Of a stretch of DNA of 64,000 bases, positions 1 to 13,033 are shown piece by piece. Position 1 is the first letter of the stretch. Every line of letters begins with the position of its first letter. Source of the stretch: Octopus sinensis (lineage: Eukaryota); NCBI RefSeq assembly GCF_006345805.1, contig NC_043015.1:33852001-33916000 (forward strand), in the 5' to 3' direction. The position numbers and the translations under genes are program-made. The notes below the pieces were generated by a model that ran no database searches, was not told the DNA's origin, and was given only the letters and a program-made list of their open reading frames with translations.

Positions 1-59
1 CAGAGGATGTGCAGATTAGTTACAATTCAGTTCAGTCCATTCTCACTGAAGATTTGGGT

Positions 60-690
60 GGAGGATGTGTGAAGACTGGAAAGGAATGAAGCTTGTATGC
101 TTCACTGGATGTGCGATGTCAGTGTACATGTGCAACAGAGCATTGGTGTATTGAGGGAGGGGTTGAGGATCAGAGGAATTATATGCAGTGAGCAAGAGAG
201 GATACTGTGCTGGTTTGGTCACGTGGTGTAGATGGATGAGGACAGTTGCATAAAGAAGTGCTGATTACTTAAAGTGGAGGGAAGTTATAGGAGGAGGAAA
301 CCCAGGAAGACACGGGATGAGGTTTTGAAGGCTGATCTCAAAACGCTGAACCTTATGAAGGAGATGACAGAGGACCGAGAAATGTGGCGTGTTGCTGTCA
401 TTGAGAAGACATGTGCACCACAACAGAATTGAGATCCTAAAACCAAGATGCCACATAAAAGGCACTAGTGCTGGTGGCACCTAAGAAAAGCACTGGTGAT
501 GGTGCCACATAAAAAGCATCCAGTAAACTCTGGAATAGTTGGCGTTAGGAAGGGCATAGAGCCATAGAAATCAAACGAAAACAGACTCTGGAACCTGATG
601 TGGCCCCTGCCCTTACCAGTGCCTGTCAAGCCATCCAAACCATGTCAGCATGGAAAATGGATGTTAAATGATGATGATGATGATGATGAG
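60..690 (+). mobile_element. RTE-clade LINE 3' fragment (RT C-terminus plus 3' UTR and (GAT)n tail)
   Basis: Translates with stops as RLERNEACMLHWMCDVSVH...WFGHVV*MDEDSCIKKC...RKPRKT...DLKTLNL. Followed by the ttggcgttaggaagggcat...cagcatggaaaatggatgttaaa(tga)n tail shared with many copies in the window. Confidence 0.85.
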
Positions 691-1030
691 ATATATATAT
701 ATATATGTATGTATGTATGTATGTACATGGTGTAAGACTGTGTGGTTAAAAAACTTGCATTGTGAATGGATTTAGTAGTTGAAAATAGAAAATGCATATA
801 GAAGTGTAATATTGTCAAATAAGTGTGGTGTTGTATATAGCAATGTAGCACTGCCAGTGTTGTATATAGTAGAGTTGCATTGGCTGTAGAAGTGTAGTGT
901 TGTATACATCAGCAACAACCAAGATTTATGACAGTATGATAATGTATGTAGCAGTGTGAGCATTGTTTGTAGAAGCATATTTCTTTCTCCCCCACACACT
1001 CTCTCTCTCTCTTCATATATATATATATAC

Positions 1031-1061
<31 letters not shown>

Positions 1062-1062
1062 C

Positions 1063-1128
<66 letters not shown>

Positions 1129-1442
1129 CAGTGTAGTGTTGTTTATTTAGGTCTAGTATTGTATATAGTAACAACTATAGCAGCAACATTGTATCAGTAA
1201 TAAAAGAGAATGTGCTGGACATTATAATAATAAATCAAATATAAAAATAGTTTTTATTCAGTGAACTATCAATATTTAAATGGCAGAATACTTTATTTAT
1301 AAATAGCACAGAAGACATGAAATGCATAAATAGTCTTTAAATGTATCAGAAGCAACATATTGAATATACTTGGTTGTTCCAGTCTATTTAAGTACCATAA
1401 TCTCTTCAATCATCACCTTTGGGTGTTAAAGGCCATACTTAC

Positions 1443-1492
<50 letters not shown>

Positions 1493-1740
1493 GTATATAT
1501 ATATGTATATATATATGTATAGCAGGGTAATGTTGTTTATTTAGGTCTGGCCTTTCACACCCTTGGGTGTGAAAGGCCATAGGTTATAGTAATGGCAAGC
1601 TCAGATATATATATATATATCTGACCACCGACTCTAACAACACTTCTAGACCATATTTCCCTGGTGGAATTAAGACTCAACATAATATAATGTCCTGGTT
1701 AGGGGATAGTACACTGAACTATTTTACTCTATGGTATGTA

Positions 1741-2601
1741 TTGGGTCATCTCATAAATAAGGTGGTTTTGTTCAATTGCATGAACTAAAAGCTGGAGGGG
1801 GAATGGGATAAACTACCTGCATCAACTTGCTATAAAAGCAGGTGATAATTTTACCTTGTACTTATTCTTAGTGAAAATTTTGAAGAGTGCAGTTCAATTT
1901 AAAAAGTTTTTCAAAGCTATAATAAAAGTGATAAAGGAGCATATTTGGCATATTTTGTTTTATGAGTTCAATAAAGGCAACAATGCAATGGAAAGTGCAA
2001 GGAATATTAATGCAGTATATGGGGATTGGACAATAAGCATAAACCAGTGTCAACAGTGGTGCCAGAAAGTCCAAACCGGAAACTACAGCCTAGAAGACAA
2101 GCGTCATCCTGTAAGATATGTAGAGCTTGACAAGGATACCCTGCAAACAAAGGAGATCTACTGTGAGCAGTTTGTGTGGCTTAAGTCAGCACTAGAAGAA
2201 AAATGAGCATCTTTGGTTTCAAGACAAAAAGTGTTCTATCAGGATAACGCTTGGCCACATGCAGTGAGGATGACATTCCAAAGGCTGGAGCAGTTTCAAT
2301 GAGAAATGATGCCCCACCTGCCATATTCACCAGACATTCCCCCATCTGATTATCATTTATTTTGCAGTCTCCAAATGAATTTTGGAAGAGGGGCCTTGCA
2401 AGTCTACCAAATAGATGGAAGAAGGGCCTTGCAAGTCTACCAAATAGATGGAAGAGGGGCCTTGCAAGTCTACCAAATAGATGGAAGAGCAGTGTAGAAA
2501 ATGAAGGAGAGTATATTTTGGATTAAAAAAGTACTTTGTTTATTTTAATTTTGAAAAATAAAAGGAGTACAAAAAGCCACATTATTTATGGGATGACCCA
2601 A
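1741..2601 (+). mobile_element. Internally deleted mariner DNA transposon with TIRs and TA target sites
   Basis: Left TIR ttgggtcatctcataaataaggtggtttt matches the reverse complement of the right end aaaagccacattatttatgggatgacccaa, with TA on both sides. Transposase relics: EHIWHILFYEFNKG...ARNINAVYG (HTH), DNAWPH, HLPYSPDIPPSDYHLF. Confidence 0.93.
2383..2489 (+). repeat. 33-bp tandem triplication inside the mariner
   Basis: tggaaga(g/a)gggccttgcaagtctaccaaataga, about 3.2 copies. Confidence 0.95.
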
Positions 2602-3564
2602 TATTTACAGACAAGTAGACTGGGCCATTGAGTATTATGTGTCTTATGGACATAGTGCATAGCTGGTTGCAGGATAGGTACAGTTGGTTCTACTTATTCG
2701 CATTATTGTCTGATAATCTATCAACTCTTCAAATCACTTATCATCTTTTAAAATATTCAAGGCCCTTACATATTTGGTTAGCCAATGTATGCAACATTGT
2801 CAGCCCTTTATTCTGCAGCCAAGCTGTCACAGGAAGTCATTAAAAGGGTATCACATGAAGACCGACACTTAAGTTCAGCATGAAGAGGAAGTAAGCCTTT
2901 ACAAGAATAACTGAGAATAGTTAGAGATTCCTTGAAGCACAAATACCCAGGTGTTGATGATTAGATTTGTTCATTAACAGAATAACGACTGGAACAAGTC
3001 AGCTCTAAATGAAGGTGTTAATGCAATAAAGCTGGTTTTTCTTCAAGAATATCAATGTGTTTATGAGAACAGCTTAAATTATTCACACTATCAATCTTAT
3101 TTCATCAGCTTTACTACAATGAGATCAGTTCTATCTTAAATTGACTTGAGCAGCCATTAATTGGAATAGGTTTAAATATCTTGGAGTTGGTGGACAAATA
3201 GTCTGAGCACCAACACTCTGCAATTGAAATTGATTTAGATACATTATTGTTAGAACTATAACTATTCCACAAGGGGGTGGGACTCCACCTCTCTGTAACT
3301 GGGGAAAAAATGTTATGAATTTGAACCCAGTCAAGAGGAAAGTAAATGCATAACTATGTAAATAAGTGTTATCTAAAGATAGTTGAAAACTGAAAAACTG
3401 CGTTGGTATGTATCTAAATTAAATATAGTTTAGTGCCTACTTGTAGTAGAGAGATTGTTCTGATGAAAACACTTTGAGATATAAGAGATTACAGTGACAC
3501 TCCATTTGGTGCCATCTTTTTTGTTCTGACTCGCTATATTACCTTTTTTTCTCAACAACAATAT

Positions 3565-3725
3565 ACTTGTCATCATCATTTTCAAGTCCACTCTTCCATG
3601 CTTGCATAGATCAGACAGAGTTTATTGAGGCAGATTTTCTACATCTGGATGCCCTTCTTGTTGCCAACCATTGCCCATTTCCAGGCAAGCTGATATGGCC
3701 AGACCCAGACATGTTTTTGCAGAAT
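3565..3725 (-). mobile_element. Decayed RTE-type 3' tail
   Basis: Reverse complement of the tail motifs (tcatcatcat...ttccatgcttgcat...ctggatgcccttc...gccaacca). Confidence 0.6.
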
Positions 3726-5571
3726 ACTGAGAATACTGGAAACAAATGACATTCATTTACCACATTCACACTTCTATGCATGTGTGTATGTGTATGTCTG
3801 TGTCTTCTTGTCTTGACATTGTGCGATTGTTGTATGTATGTATGTATGTATGTATGTATGTATGTATGTATGTATGTGTGTGTGTGTGTATGTATGTATA
3901 TATATATATGTATGTATGTGTATATATATATATATATATTTAAAATGATGATGATATATATTTGTGCTGCTAGCATGTTCTTGAAATTATGAAGAAGTAA
4001 TTTCAATACATTTTTTGCTTTCTTTAATGGAAATTTTCTTTTTTCTCCATTAGTGTCACATACATTTTCTTGTGCAAGGTGTTACTTGTAAGTTCTCTGT
4101 AGCCTGGAGCTGTGTGAAAAGTTCTGTCAAGGAATTATTTAAGAAACGGACAGGATAGAATGGTAATTTGTAAAATGGTAATTAGATTAGAAAAAGACTG
4201 GACAAAAACAATCACTGTTCAATATACATTCACATGTATAGAGGCCGAGTGTATATTCTAGAGAGGTATAGACAGGTAAGGATGTGGTAGGTTTATCATC
4301 GACAGGCTTGTGTAGAGGTGATGTGTGTATTATCCAATGATTTGACCCGAGATTATTACAGATATCATTTTGTTGGAATGAAAGGCAACATAGACTCTGA
4401 AAGGATTTGGAGACCAAAAGTAGGAGAATACAATTAAATATTAGTGTTTATTTCCGTAACTTAAGGCCCAATGCTATTGTGAAGTCCATTATTCTCTCAA
4501 GACCATCTTCAACTTCAGTGAATTAAAGAAATTTCAAACATAATTTGAAATTGTCACATTTCCAGACTCACTTTGTTATTCAAGCAACTAATATGTATTT
4601 TGTATATAAATTGTAAATACTCCCTAAACTCTGATTTACTTCAAGGTGCTACTATATAGCATGGGAGTTAAAGAAATTTCATATATGCGTCTATATATGT
4701 ATATATATATATATATATATATGCGTGTGTGTGTGTGTATGTGTGTGTGTGTGTGTGTATCATGGTTCCAGATTCAATCCCACTGCATGGCACCTTAAGC
4801 TCCATCGAATTTATGTTCCCAAATAAGCAAGACTTTTAATCAAACTTTTTAAAAACAATGAGTGTATGTGAATGTTTATTTTCTATGTGCCTGTGCAAAT
4901 GCATACAGATACACATATGTACTCTCATATACATACATATATACACAAAATTATATAACCATGTATACATATATACATAGAAGTATAGCTATACACATAT
5001 GTCTATACACATATGCTCACACATAGACATGCACCCACACATATTAAAGTATATATCAATAAAACAAAGCGTTTTAAAAACTGACTTTTTTTTCCTGAAC
5101 AAGAACAAAATTCAAAGAGGGGCGTATTTGCATAAAAGATACTTAGCCATGTGCATACAAGGGGTCAGTTCTTTTGGTAAAATTATTGACATCTTGAGAG
5201 AAAATTCTCAGTTTTTTTTGCTCAAACAAAGGTCACACTGCATTCCTGTATGCTTGCACATTATCTACAGTAGACCAGGTCATTTTGAATTCATGATGAC
5301 TTGTCTCATGCAAAAGCCATATAAACTTTGACAAAGCTGTAGCACATTTTCTTTCAGGGCTGACAAACGAATGTTTATGCTTGTAATAACAGTTTTTGAA
5401 TGTGAGTTACGTTGTCCCAATTTATGCTTTAGGGAGATCATTGCTGTTTGCTTCAACCTTTGCTCTGCATGCGATCAACTTTGTTAGTTACTGTTTAGTG
5501 GACATAAATTTTACAGTTATCTGATCTTTGTTGTCAAGTATGCATGCATACACATGCACACACACATACAC

Positions 5572-5760
5572 AGATCAGGGAAAAGCTCTTGATAAGGTCA
5601 ACCATCACCACTTGGCTGCTGTCTTCAAAGCAGCTGGTTTCAGTTCTGTTTTCACAGGTTGGATCACAGCAGTACTCAATGAAATCTGCTCAGTGAATGG
5701 CTATCTCTTTTTAAGGGTTTTGTATTGTGTGCTTTGCCAATCAGATGTGTTCCTTCTCTT
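5572..5760 (+). mobile_element. L1/Tx1-type LINE reverse transcriptase fragment
   Basis: DQGKALDKVNHHHLAAVFKAAGFSSVFTGWI...VNGYL resembles RT domain 3 (D-x-x-KAFDRV...GF...WI...VNG). Confidence 0.7.
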
Positions 5761-7089
5761 CTCTTCCATATGTGCTACATTGCCAGAATCAGAGTGTTGG
5801 ACAAAATACCTTGCAGTATGTCTTCTGGCTCATTATATGCTGAGCTCAAATCCTGCTGGAGTCAACTCATGACTCACTCCTCAGGAGTTGTTTAAATAAA
5901 GTATTAGATAAATACTGGGGGTTGGTGGTATCCTTCAAAACTGCTTGTTTTGTTTCTAAATCTGAAATTATTCAGGCGATGGAATGGCAAATAGAAGAAG
6001 CTGAAAAAATATTGCGCAGTATATAATTGCATTCTTTTACATTCAGAGTTCCAGCTAAGTATTTCATCATTCTAGAGTTAATAATATTAATACCAGATAT
6101 CAAATGAGGATCAATTTATTTGATTTTAGCCCCTTAGTCAAGTGTTTTATCTTGTGTATTGCAAAGAATCATAATTATGAACAACATACAATAGCTGTAT
6201 TGTTTTCTAAATGCAACAGTTTACTGAAATTTACATTGTTTTGTTAATTAAGAATAATAGATATCTTAATAAATCGATAAATATTAATAATGACAATTAG
6301 AAAGCCCACACTTAAATACAAATTTAAATAAAGGAACACTATAAATAATGCAAATGCACAAAGGGGAGTTCAGCACCATTGCATATCAATATCCAGTGAT
6401 AGAAGTGAGTTAAATGATTTCCTATATTCTTGTGTACGCACAACAATAGAAAATATATGGTTAAATAAACAACTTGTTATAAAAGATAAGAGTCACCAAC
6501 TTAGAATAGGAATGCGGAGCGAGGATGAATTAAATTATAGAATAGATACTTTATGTAGGAAAACAAATATAATAACCGAGATGATAATGGATAAGTCTGT
6601 CATGAAAATTAATAAAAATACGATAAGCTTAACATAAAGATAGTATAAACATGATTGCAATGATTGAAGTAGAAAATATACACCTAATAATAATAGATTA
6701 GAAAGGTATTGTATAGAGATAAATAATTCTTTTAAAACCACGCCTTTGAAAATAAGCAGACAAATTCCCTGGGACAATACAGGTTAATGACGTATAAGTA
6801 GATAAGATAATTAAGAAAAAAAAATTTAAGAAATGCTTAAAGTAATTTTTGAAAGTGAAATTATGCTGAATGAAAATGATAACTGGTTACGATAATAATT
6901 ATAGTGTGCATTTTGCCCCTGAAGCCAATATGAGAGTTTCTCTCGTGGTATCAACCACAGCAAAGTTTGTTCTCACAGATCATTCATATTTAAGTGGAGA
7001 TAAGTATTACCTCTCTGTATTAATATTATTGATTCTGTCATTAATGTTGTAGAAACTGAGAAATTATTCCTGCAAAGAATTACAATATT

Positions 7090-7400
7090 TAATACAAGAC
7101 TTGCTTTAGAAAAGCTTCCACAGACATTGGTTTAGAACCATATTAAGAATTTCTTGGTGTGACCACATTGTGATTGAAGAAGTCAGGAAAAGGGCTGGAC
7201 TGAATGACCTCTGGGATAGCAGCATGTTGAGAGAGTGGAAGTTGCTTGGCTATGGGCTACACATGACTAGAAGGAGATAAATGTGGGACTCTTTTGAGGG
7301 GAAGTGAGAGTGTGATATTGAAAGAAAGATGGTTCTGTCAAGACCCGTTTGAAAACAGTGGAGGAGGATCTGGCGACTTTGGGCTTATCTTGAGAGCAGG
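7090..7400 (+). mobile_element. Highly decayed RTE-like LINE C-terminal fragment
   Basis: DHIVIEEVRKRAGLNDL...REWKLLGY resembles the RTE post-RT region. Confidence 0.35.
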
Positions 7401-7545
7401 TTTGTGAGAGGGCTTGCAGTTATGCTAGGTGGAGATCTTTCATCACCTGACATTTCATGGGGAAGAATGAAGAATAAGTCAAATATTAGCAAGTACAAAG
7501 ACATGGAGACTGAAACCAATAGGATATGGAATATAGAGCAGGTAT

Positions 7546-7963
7546 GGCACAGGTGTGGCTTTGTGGTATGAAGCTTGCTTCTCAACCACATGGTTCTGGG
7601 TTCACTCCCATTACATGGTACCTTGGGCAAGTGTCTTCTACTACAGGTTCAGGCTGACCAAAGCTTTGTGAGTGGATTTGATAGACTGAAACTGAAAGAA
7701 ACCCATAATATATGTGTGTGTGTGTGAGTGTGTGTGATGTGTGTGTTTGTCCCTATGTTTGTCCTTCACCACCACTTGATAACCAGTGTTGGTGTGTTTA
7801 CATCCCCTGTAATTTAGTGGTTCAGCAAAAGAGACTGATAAAATAAGTACCAGGCTTTAAAAAATATGTGCTGGGGTCAATTTGTTCAACTAAAATTCCT
7901 CAAAGTGGTGCCCCATCATGGCCACACTCTAATGACTGAAGTAAAAGATAAAAAAGATAAAGA
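7546..7963 (+). mobile_element. tRNA-derived SINE family A (bipartite, internal microsatellite)
   Basis: Head ggcacaggtgtggct..tggt (A box), gggttcactccc (B box), CORE-like accttgggcaagtgtctt, central (TA)/(TG) run, tail ggtgcccc..catggccac..gactgaa..aaaagata. Confidence 0.85.
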
Positions 7964-8020
7964 GTGAAATAATAGCAGTGGCTATGAAAGCTCTAGGATT
8001 CATGTAGAAGTTCAACTACT

Positions 8021-8430
8021 GGCGCAGGAGTGGCTGTGTGGTAAGTAGCTTGCTTATGAACCACATGGTTCTGGGTTCATTCCCACTGCGTGGCACCTTG
8101 GGCAAGTGCCTTCTACTTTAGCCTCGGGCCGACCAAAGTCTTGTGAGTGGATTTGGCAGACGGAAAATGAAAGAAGACTGTAGTATATATGTATATATAT
8201 GTATGTGTATGAGTATGTTTGCATGTCTGTTTTTGGTCCCCCCCCCCCACCCAGCATCGCTTGACAACCGATGCTGGTGTGTTTACATTCCTGTAACTTT
8301 GCGGTTCGGCAAAAGAGACAAATGGAATAAGTACTAAGCTTCCAAAGAATAAGTCCTGGGGTCGATTTGCTCAACTAAAGGTGGTGCTCCAGCATGGCTG
8401 CAGTCAAATGACTGAAACAAGTAAAAGAGT
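8021..8430 (+). mobile_element. SINE family A, well-preserved copy
   Basis: ggcgcaggagtggctgtgtggtaag...gcgtggcaccttgggcaagtg...ggtgctccagcatggctgcagtcaaatgactgaaacaagtaaaagagt. Confidence 0.9.
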
Positions 8431-9176
8431 ACTGTATCCTGGGCAACTTTAATATCTATGTAGTCCAGAAGGCTGCTCTACGGGGTGGGGTGGGGGTGTT
8501 CTCTGGTGGGGAAGGGGGAAGAAGCCAGCATAGTATAGAGAATGCTGTCAATCAAGTGACATTTCCCTATCAAGCCTCAGGCTCATAGTTTTGACCTGAC
8601 CCTACAAGACATAAATTGGAAATACAAAAGGGAATGCAATAATGATGATGATGGTGATGGTTTCTTTTATTTATTAGCCACAAAGGTTGGAAGAGATACA
8701 GAAAAATGTAAAACATTCTCAAGAGGATTTACAAAACAACAGAATGGGTTGCAACAGACAATTTATAGGATGTGATGGGAAAGAGGTGGGGTAGGGGGCT
8801 AAATGTATAAATGGATGAATTAAGACTTTAAAAGTACAACTATTTGTAGGGAAATAAATAAGGGATATGACAAAGTGTGCCACAATAAAAACAAGATAAT
8901 CAGGCGTAAAACATAGAACAGAACATTATTTGCTAAATCAGCTGGGGGGGGGGGGACCCACATCTCTGTCTGCTAGCCATTGTTTGTTTATATATATATA
9001 TATATACAAATTTAAATAAATATCACTAACATTACTAAAAATAATGTTGATAATAAAGGGCAAGCAAGTTTAGACATTTAAAGGTAAAATATAAATAAAA
9101 TACTGAAGGATATTGAAATACCGCTAACTCTGAACAATAGAGCTATCGCTCTAAACCACAATTTACACACTATATA

Positions 9177-9940
9177 TCATCATCATCATCGTTTAATGTC
9201 TGCTTTCCATGCTAGCATGGGTTGGATGATTTCACTGGGGACTGGCAAACCAGATGGCTGCACTAGGCTCCAATCTGATCTAGCAGAGTTTCTACAACTG
9301 GATGTCCTTCCTAACGCCAACTACTCCGAGAGTGTAGTGGGTGCTTTTACATGCCACCAGCATGGAAGCCAATCAGCTGCTCTGGCAACGATCACATTCG
9401 GATGGTGCTCTTAGCGCTCCATCAGCACAGATGCCAGTCATCGAATTTGATTCCGATTTCGATTTCACTTGCCTCAACAGATTTTCGCAAGCAGAGTTTA
9501 GTGTCCAATGAAGGAAAGGTATGGATAAGTGGGCTGGTTACGCCCCTGGCATAGGTCACGGGTTATGGTCTCACTTGCCTTGCCAGGTCTTCTCAAGTAC
9601 AGCATACTTCCAAAGGTCTCGGTCACTAGTCATTTCCTCGGTGAGACCTAATGTTCGAAGGTCGTGCTTTACCACCTTGTCCCAGGTCTTCCTGGACCTA
9701 CCTTTTCCACAGGTTCCCTCAACTGCTAGGGTGTGGCACTTTTTCACACAGCTATCCTCATCCATTCTCACCACATGACCATACCAACATAGTCGTCTCT
9801 CTTGCACACCACATCTGATGCGTCTTAGGTCCAACCTTTCTGTCAGGGCACTTACACTCTGTCGAGTATGCACACTGACATTACACATCCATCAGAGCAT
9901 ACTGGCTTCATTCCTTGCTAACTTATGCATGTCCTCAATT
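9177..9940 (-). mobile_element. RTE LINE 3' fragment (RT C-terminus, 3' UTR, tail)
   Basis: ORF 9571-9888: MCNVSVHTRQSVSALTERLDLRRIRCGVQERRLCWYGHVVRMDEDSCVKKC...GRSRKTWDKVVKHDL. Tail at 9177-9370. Confidence 0.92.
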
Positions 9941-10073
9941 GATTAGGAATAAAATCAAACTAGATGAGATGCAATTTGGTTTTTGTGCCACAGGTGCCAT
10001 TTACCTAGTGAGAAGTATCTGGTCCAAAACAGACTATTGTACTTGGCTTTCATCAACCAAGAAGAAGCTTTGA
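9941..10073 (+). mobile_element. RTE RT domain 2-3 fragment, inverted relative to the adjacent copy
   Basis: IRNKIKLDEMQFGF...GAIYLVR..KYLVQNRLLYLAFINQEEA (QFGF / LAFvDlEKAF motifs). Confidence 0.75.
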
Positions 10074-10791
10074 AAAATAAAAGTTGATTCATTTGACTAA
10101 AAATTCTTCAAGGCAGTGCCCCAGCATGGCCGCAGTCTAAGTGCCCAAAAATAAAAGATAGAGATTTGTTGGAAAGTGAACTTTTCAATCACATCTAATA
10201 GGTGCAGCCTCACCTCCACTTATTATATATATATAATTTACTTTTAAATTTTACTTTTGTGTTTACCAGTTTTCATTTTCTGTTTTTTAACCTTCCACAT
10301 CTTCTATGTTCTTCCTTCTCAACTTTTTGTGCTTCTTCTCTCATTTAATTTTTAGTTCATTAAGACATGTGGTTTGTGTCTGATGATTATGTCTGAGGTA
10401 TTTCTCAACATATAAAACTATTAGTAGCACATAAGAACATGTATTGTGTCTATTAAATAATATTTATCTCTCACCAGATGGAGTACACTTCTTGTTGATC
10501 TTACCATCATAGAACAGTACATTATACATATATGCATGTTTGTGCACGCGCACACACACACACACACACACATGTATATGTATGTATGTTTGCATATGTA
10601 ATTCGGATATACATTTAAAATGTTTTCACTGTCTACCAGGCAAGGCACATCTGCCCTGAAGGATGCACCTTAGCCAGTTGTATAGTATCCCACCCGCTAG
10701 GACCAATGCAAGATGGGCTGAAATGATCATTGTGGTTAGTACAGAATCTTGTGAATTCCATTTTCTCTTTCTCTCATATGTATACATGTAT

Positions 10792-10895
10792 GGGTGGATG
10801 GATGGATGGATGGATGGATGTTTGGATGGGTGGATGGATGGATGGGTGGATGGGTGGATGGGTGGATGGGTGGATGGATGGATGGATGTTTGGAT
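10792..10895. repeat. (GGAT/GGGT)n microsatellite
   Basis: Read directly from the sequence. Confidence 0.95.
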
Positions 10896-11512
10896 GTTTG
10901 CTTGCTTGCTTGCTAAGTGGTTATGTAAATAATCATTGATCTGGCACAGTAATTGAACCAGTCACTGTATCATACACCCGGGTGTATCTACCCCTAACAT
11001 AGTCAACATTGAATATCTTCCAAATATTAAGATCAGGTCAATATATTTCCAGCTTCCTTTCATTAAAGATGAAACTTTCATCTTTTTGAATCAACTGCTT
11101 CCTTTCAATTTTGTCTGTCTGTCTGTCCCTGTCTCTCTCCTCCTCCTCCTCCTCCTCCTCCTCCTCTTTCTCTTCCTTTGCCTCACTTTCTCCCTCGTCT
11201 TGTTAATAATTCATTCATTTGATGTTTCACTCACTCTTTCATACTGTCCTTCACCCCCTCCCCCCACTTCCTTTCTTATCTACTCACTCCCACTTCCACT
11301 CACACCACATTATTCCATTGTATGCCTAAAGAGGAAGATGTTCCTTGTGATGAGAGGATATTTCATAATAACTTTGTAAACAACTCCAATCCAAATCCCT
11401 TTGATCAAAGACAAACGTCGCTTTATTATAAGCTGTGTTGTAGTTTTAGAGAAGAAATAGGCAGGGGAGGTTAATGTAGAGGAAGGAAGAGGAGGCATCA
11501 ATGTGATATCCT

Positions 11513-12201
11513 TCACTTCTGGATGGTCTCTTCGTTTAAGTTGGTGAATGATGCCATAATTCTTGCCTTCAGTTCATCTTTGGTGTTGCAAGGAGTTTTG
11601 TTGGTCTCTTGCACAGCTGTGCCACACACATAATAATCAAGGGGCTTGCAGTGTGGGGAGTTATGTGGCCATATGTTAAGGGTAATGTGATTGCAGAAAT
11701 TGTCTGACAGCCATGACTGGGTTCTTCTGCTTGTGCAGCAGGGTGCAGAGTCCTGTTGCCAGACATAGGTTCTTCCAGTAGCCACCTTGTTGACCCAGGA
11801 GAGCACTACCGCCTCCAGGCATTTGATGTAGGCCTCCATATTGAGTCTGAGGCTGTGTGGGAAGATGAATGGAGGCATAACATCGCCATCACTAGTGATC
11901 CCTCCAAACACCATGATGTTAACATGTTTGGTACATGTCTTCATAGTTCACTGTCCTCAAATTGACACCCAAACACTCTGAAATGTTCATATTGGAGCTT
12001 CCAGCATAAATGCCAAAGAGTACAGCATGTCATTTTCAAATTTCTAGCAGAGCTAAGCGAATTGCATCATGGTGCTGTTTTCTCGCAGACGGTGCCCGAC
12101 TGACCCTACTGTACTGTGTAATCAACAAAATCAAACACATACAATGTGCATGCATGAAAATTAGAAATATAAAATGGCAACAATTTACCCATTGCACCCT
12201 G
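11513..12201 (-). mobile_element. Tc1/mariner superfamily (DD37D/maT-like) transposase relic with one terminus
   Basis: ORF 11513-11944: MVFGGITSDG...YVWQQDSAP...TQSWL...WPHNSPHCKPLDYYV. On the minus strand the terminus reads TA-cagggtgcaatgggtaaattgttgcc, starting at 12201. Confidence 0.85.
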
Positions 12202-12249
12202 TATATATATATATATATATCTGAAATGATGAAATTTAATGGTAATTTC

Positions 12250-12475
12250 TTATGAAGGTTCTAATTCTGTTGAGTGCGGTCTAATGAATTTTGCAGTATT
12301 TGTTTGAGAAGATGGCTATTGGGTTGAACAGAAGTATTTTGAATAGAAGGTTGTTATTCCTTAGTCAGCGGTCACCAAATGTAACGATGAAGTTTAATGT
12401 GATGAGGCATCAGAGAAATGAACAAAGAACAATTGTTGCTTGATTATCAATTTGGCCATTTATTATATTTCAATT
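12250..12475 (-). mobile_element. Possible Penelope-like ORF N-terminal relic
   Basis: Weak similarity by eye (FL*CLITLN...DR*LRNNNLLFKI...TALNRIRTF). Not decisive. Confidence 0.25.
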
Positions 12476-13033
12476 GTTAAGTTGCTGCAATGTTGAAGAT
12501 GCTGATAATGCAATTCATTGCGATATAAAAGACACATGCAACTTTGTTGAGCTTCTTGCACATGCACAGATGCAGTGAAGTATTTGGTCTCTGGTTTCTT
12601 GGCTCATTGTGTAGGATAGTAGTTCCATGTCTGTGAGTGCCAGGGAGAAAGACAGAATAAAAGGAAGGTAGGCAGATAGAAATGTTAAGAAGTCTACATT
12701 TGCAATGCACAGCAAGAAAGCTTGCTTCTTTGCCAGACGCTGGATGACCAAAAGAGGTCAACTGAAATTTGCTTGTGTATTTATAAGTTTTCTAATTAAA
12801 TTCAGTCATTGAGAACAATGGGAATTCTTCACTATATAAGTTTTGACCACAAGAAAGCCTTGAGAAAGATCAAAAGGTCAATTGTTTCTCATTTATCTCT
12901 CAGGGCAACTGGTGAAAACAGTAGGCTGAGAACTTGTTTTTCACTGTAGAAGAGTGTGAATTTGCTGGTTGAAACTTCGAAGTCACTGTCAACAACATTC
13001 TCATTTAAGAACAATATAGATATGTATATATAT

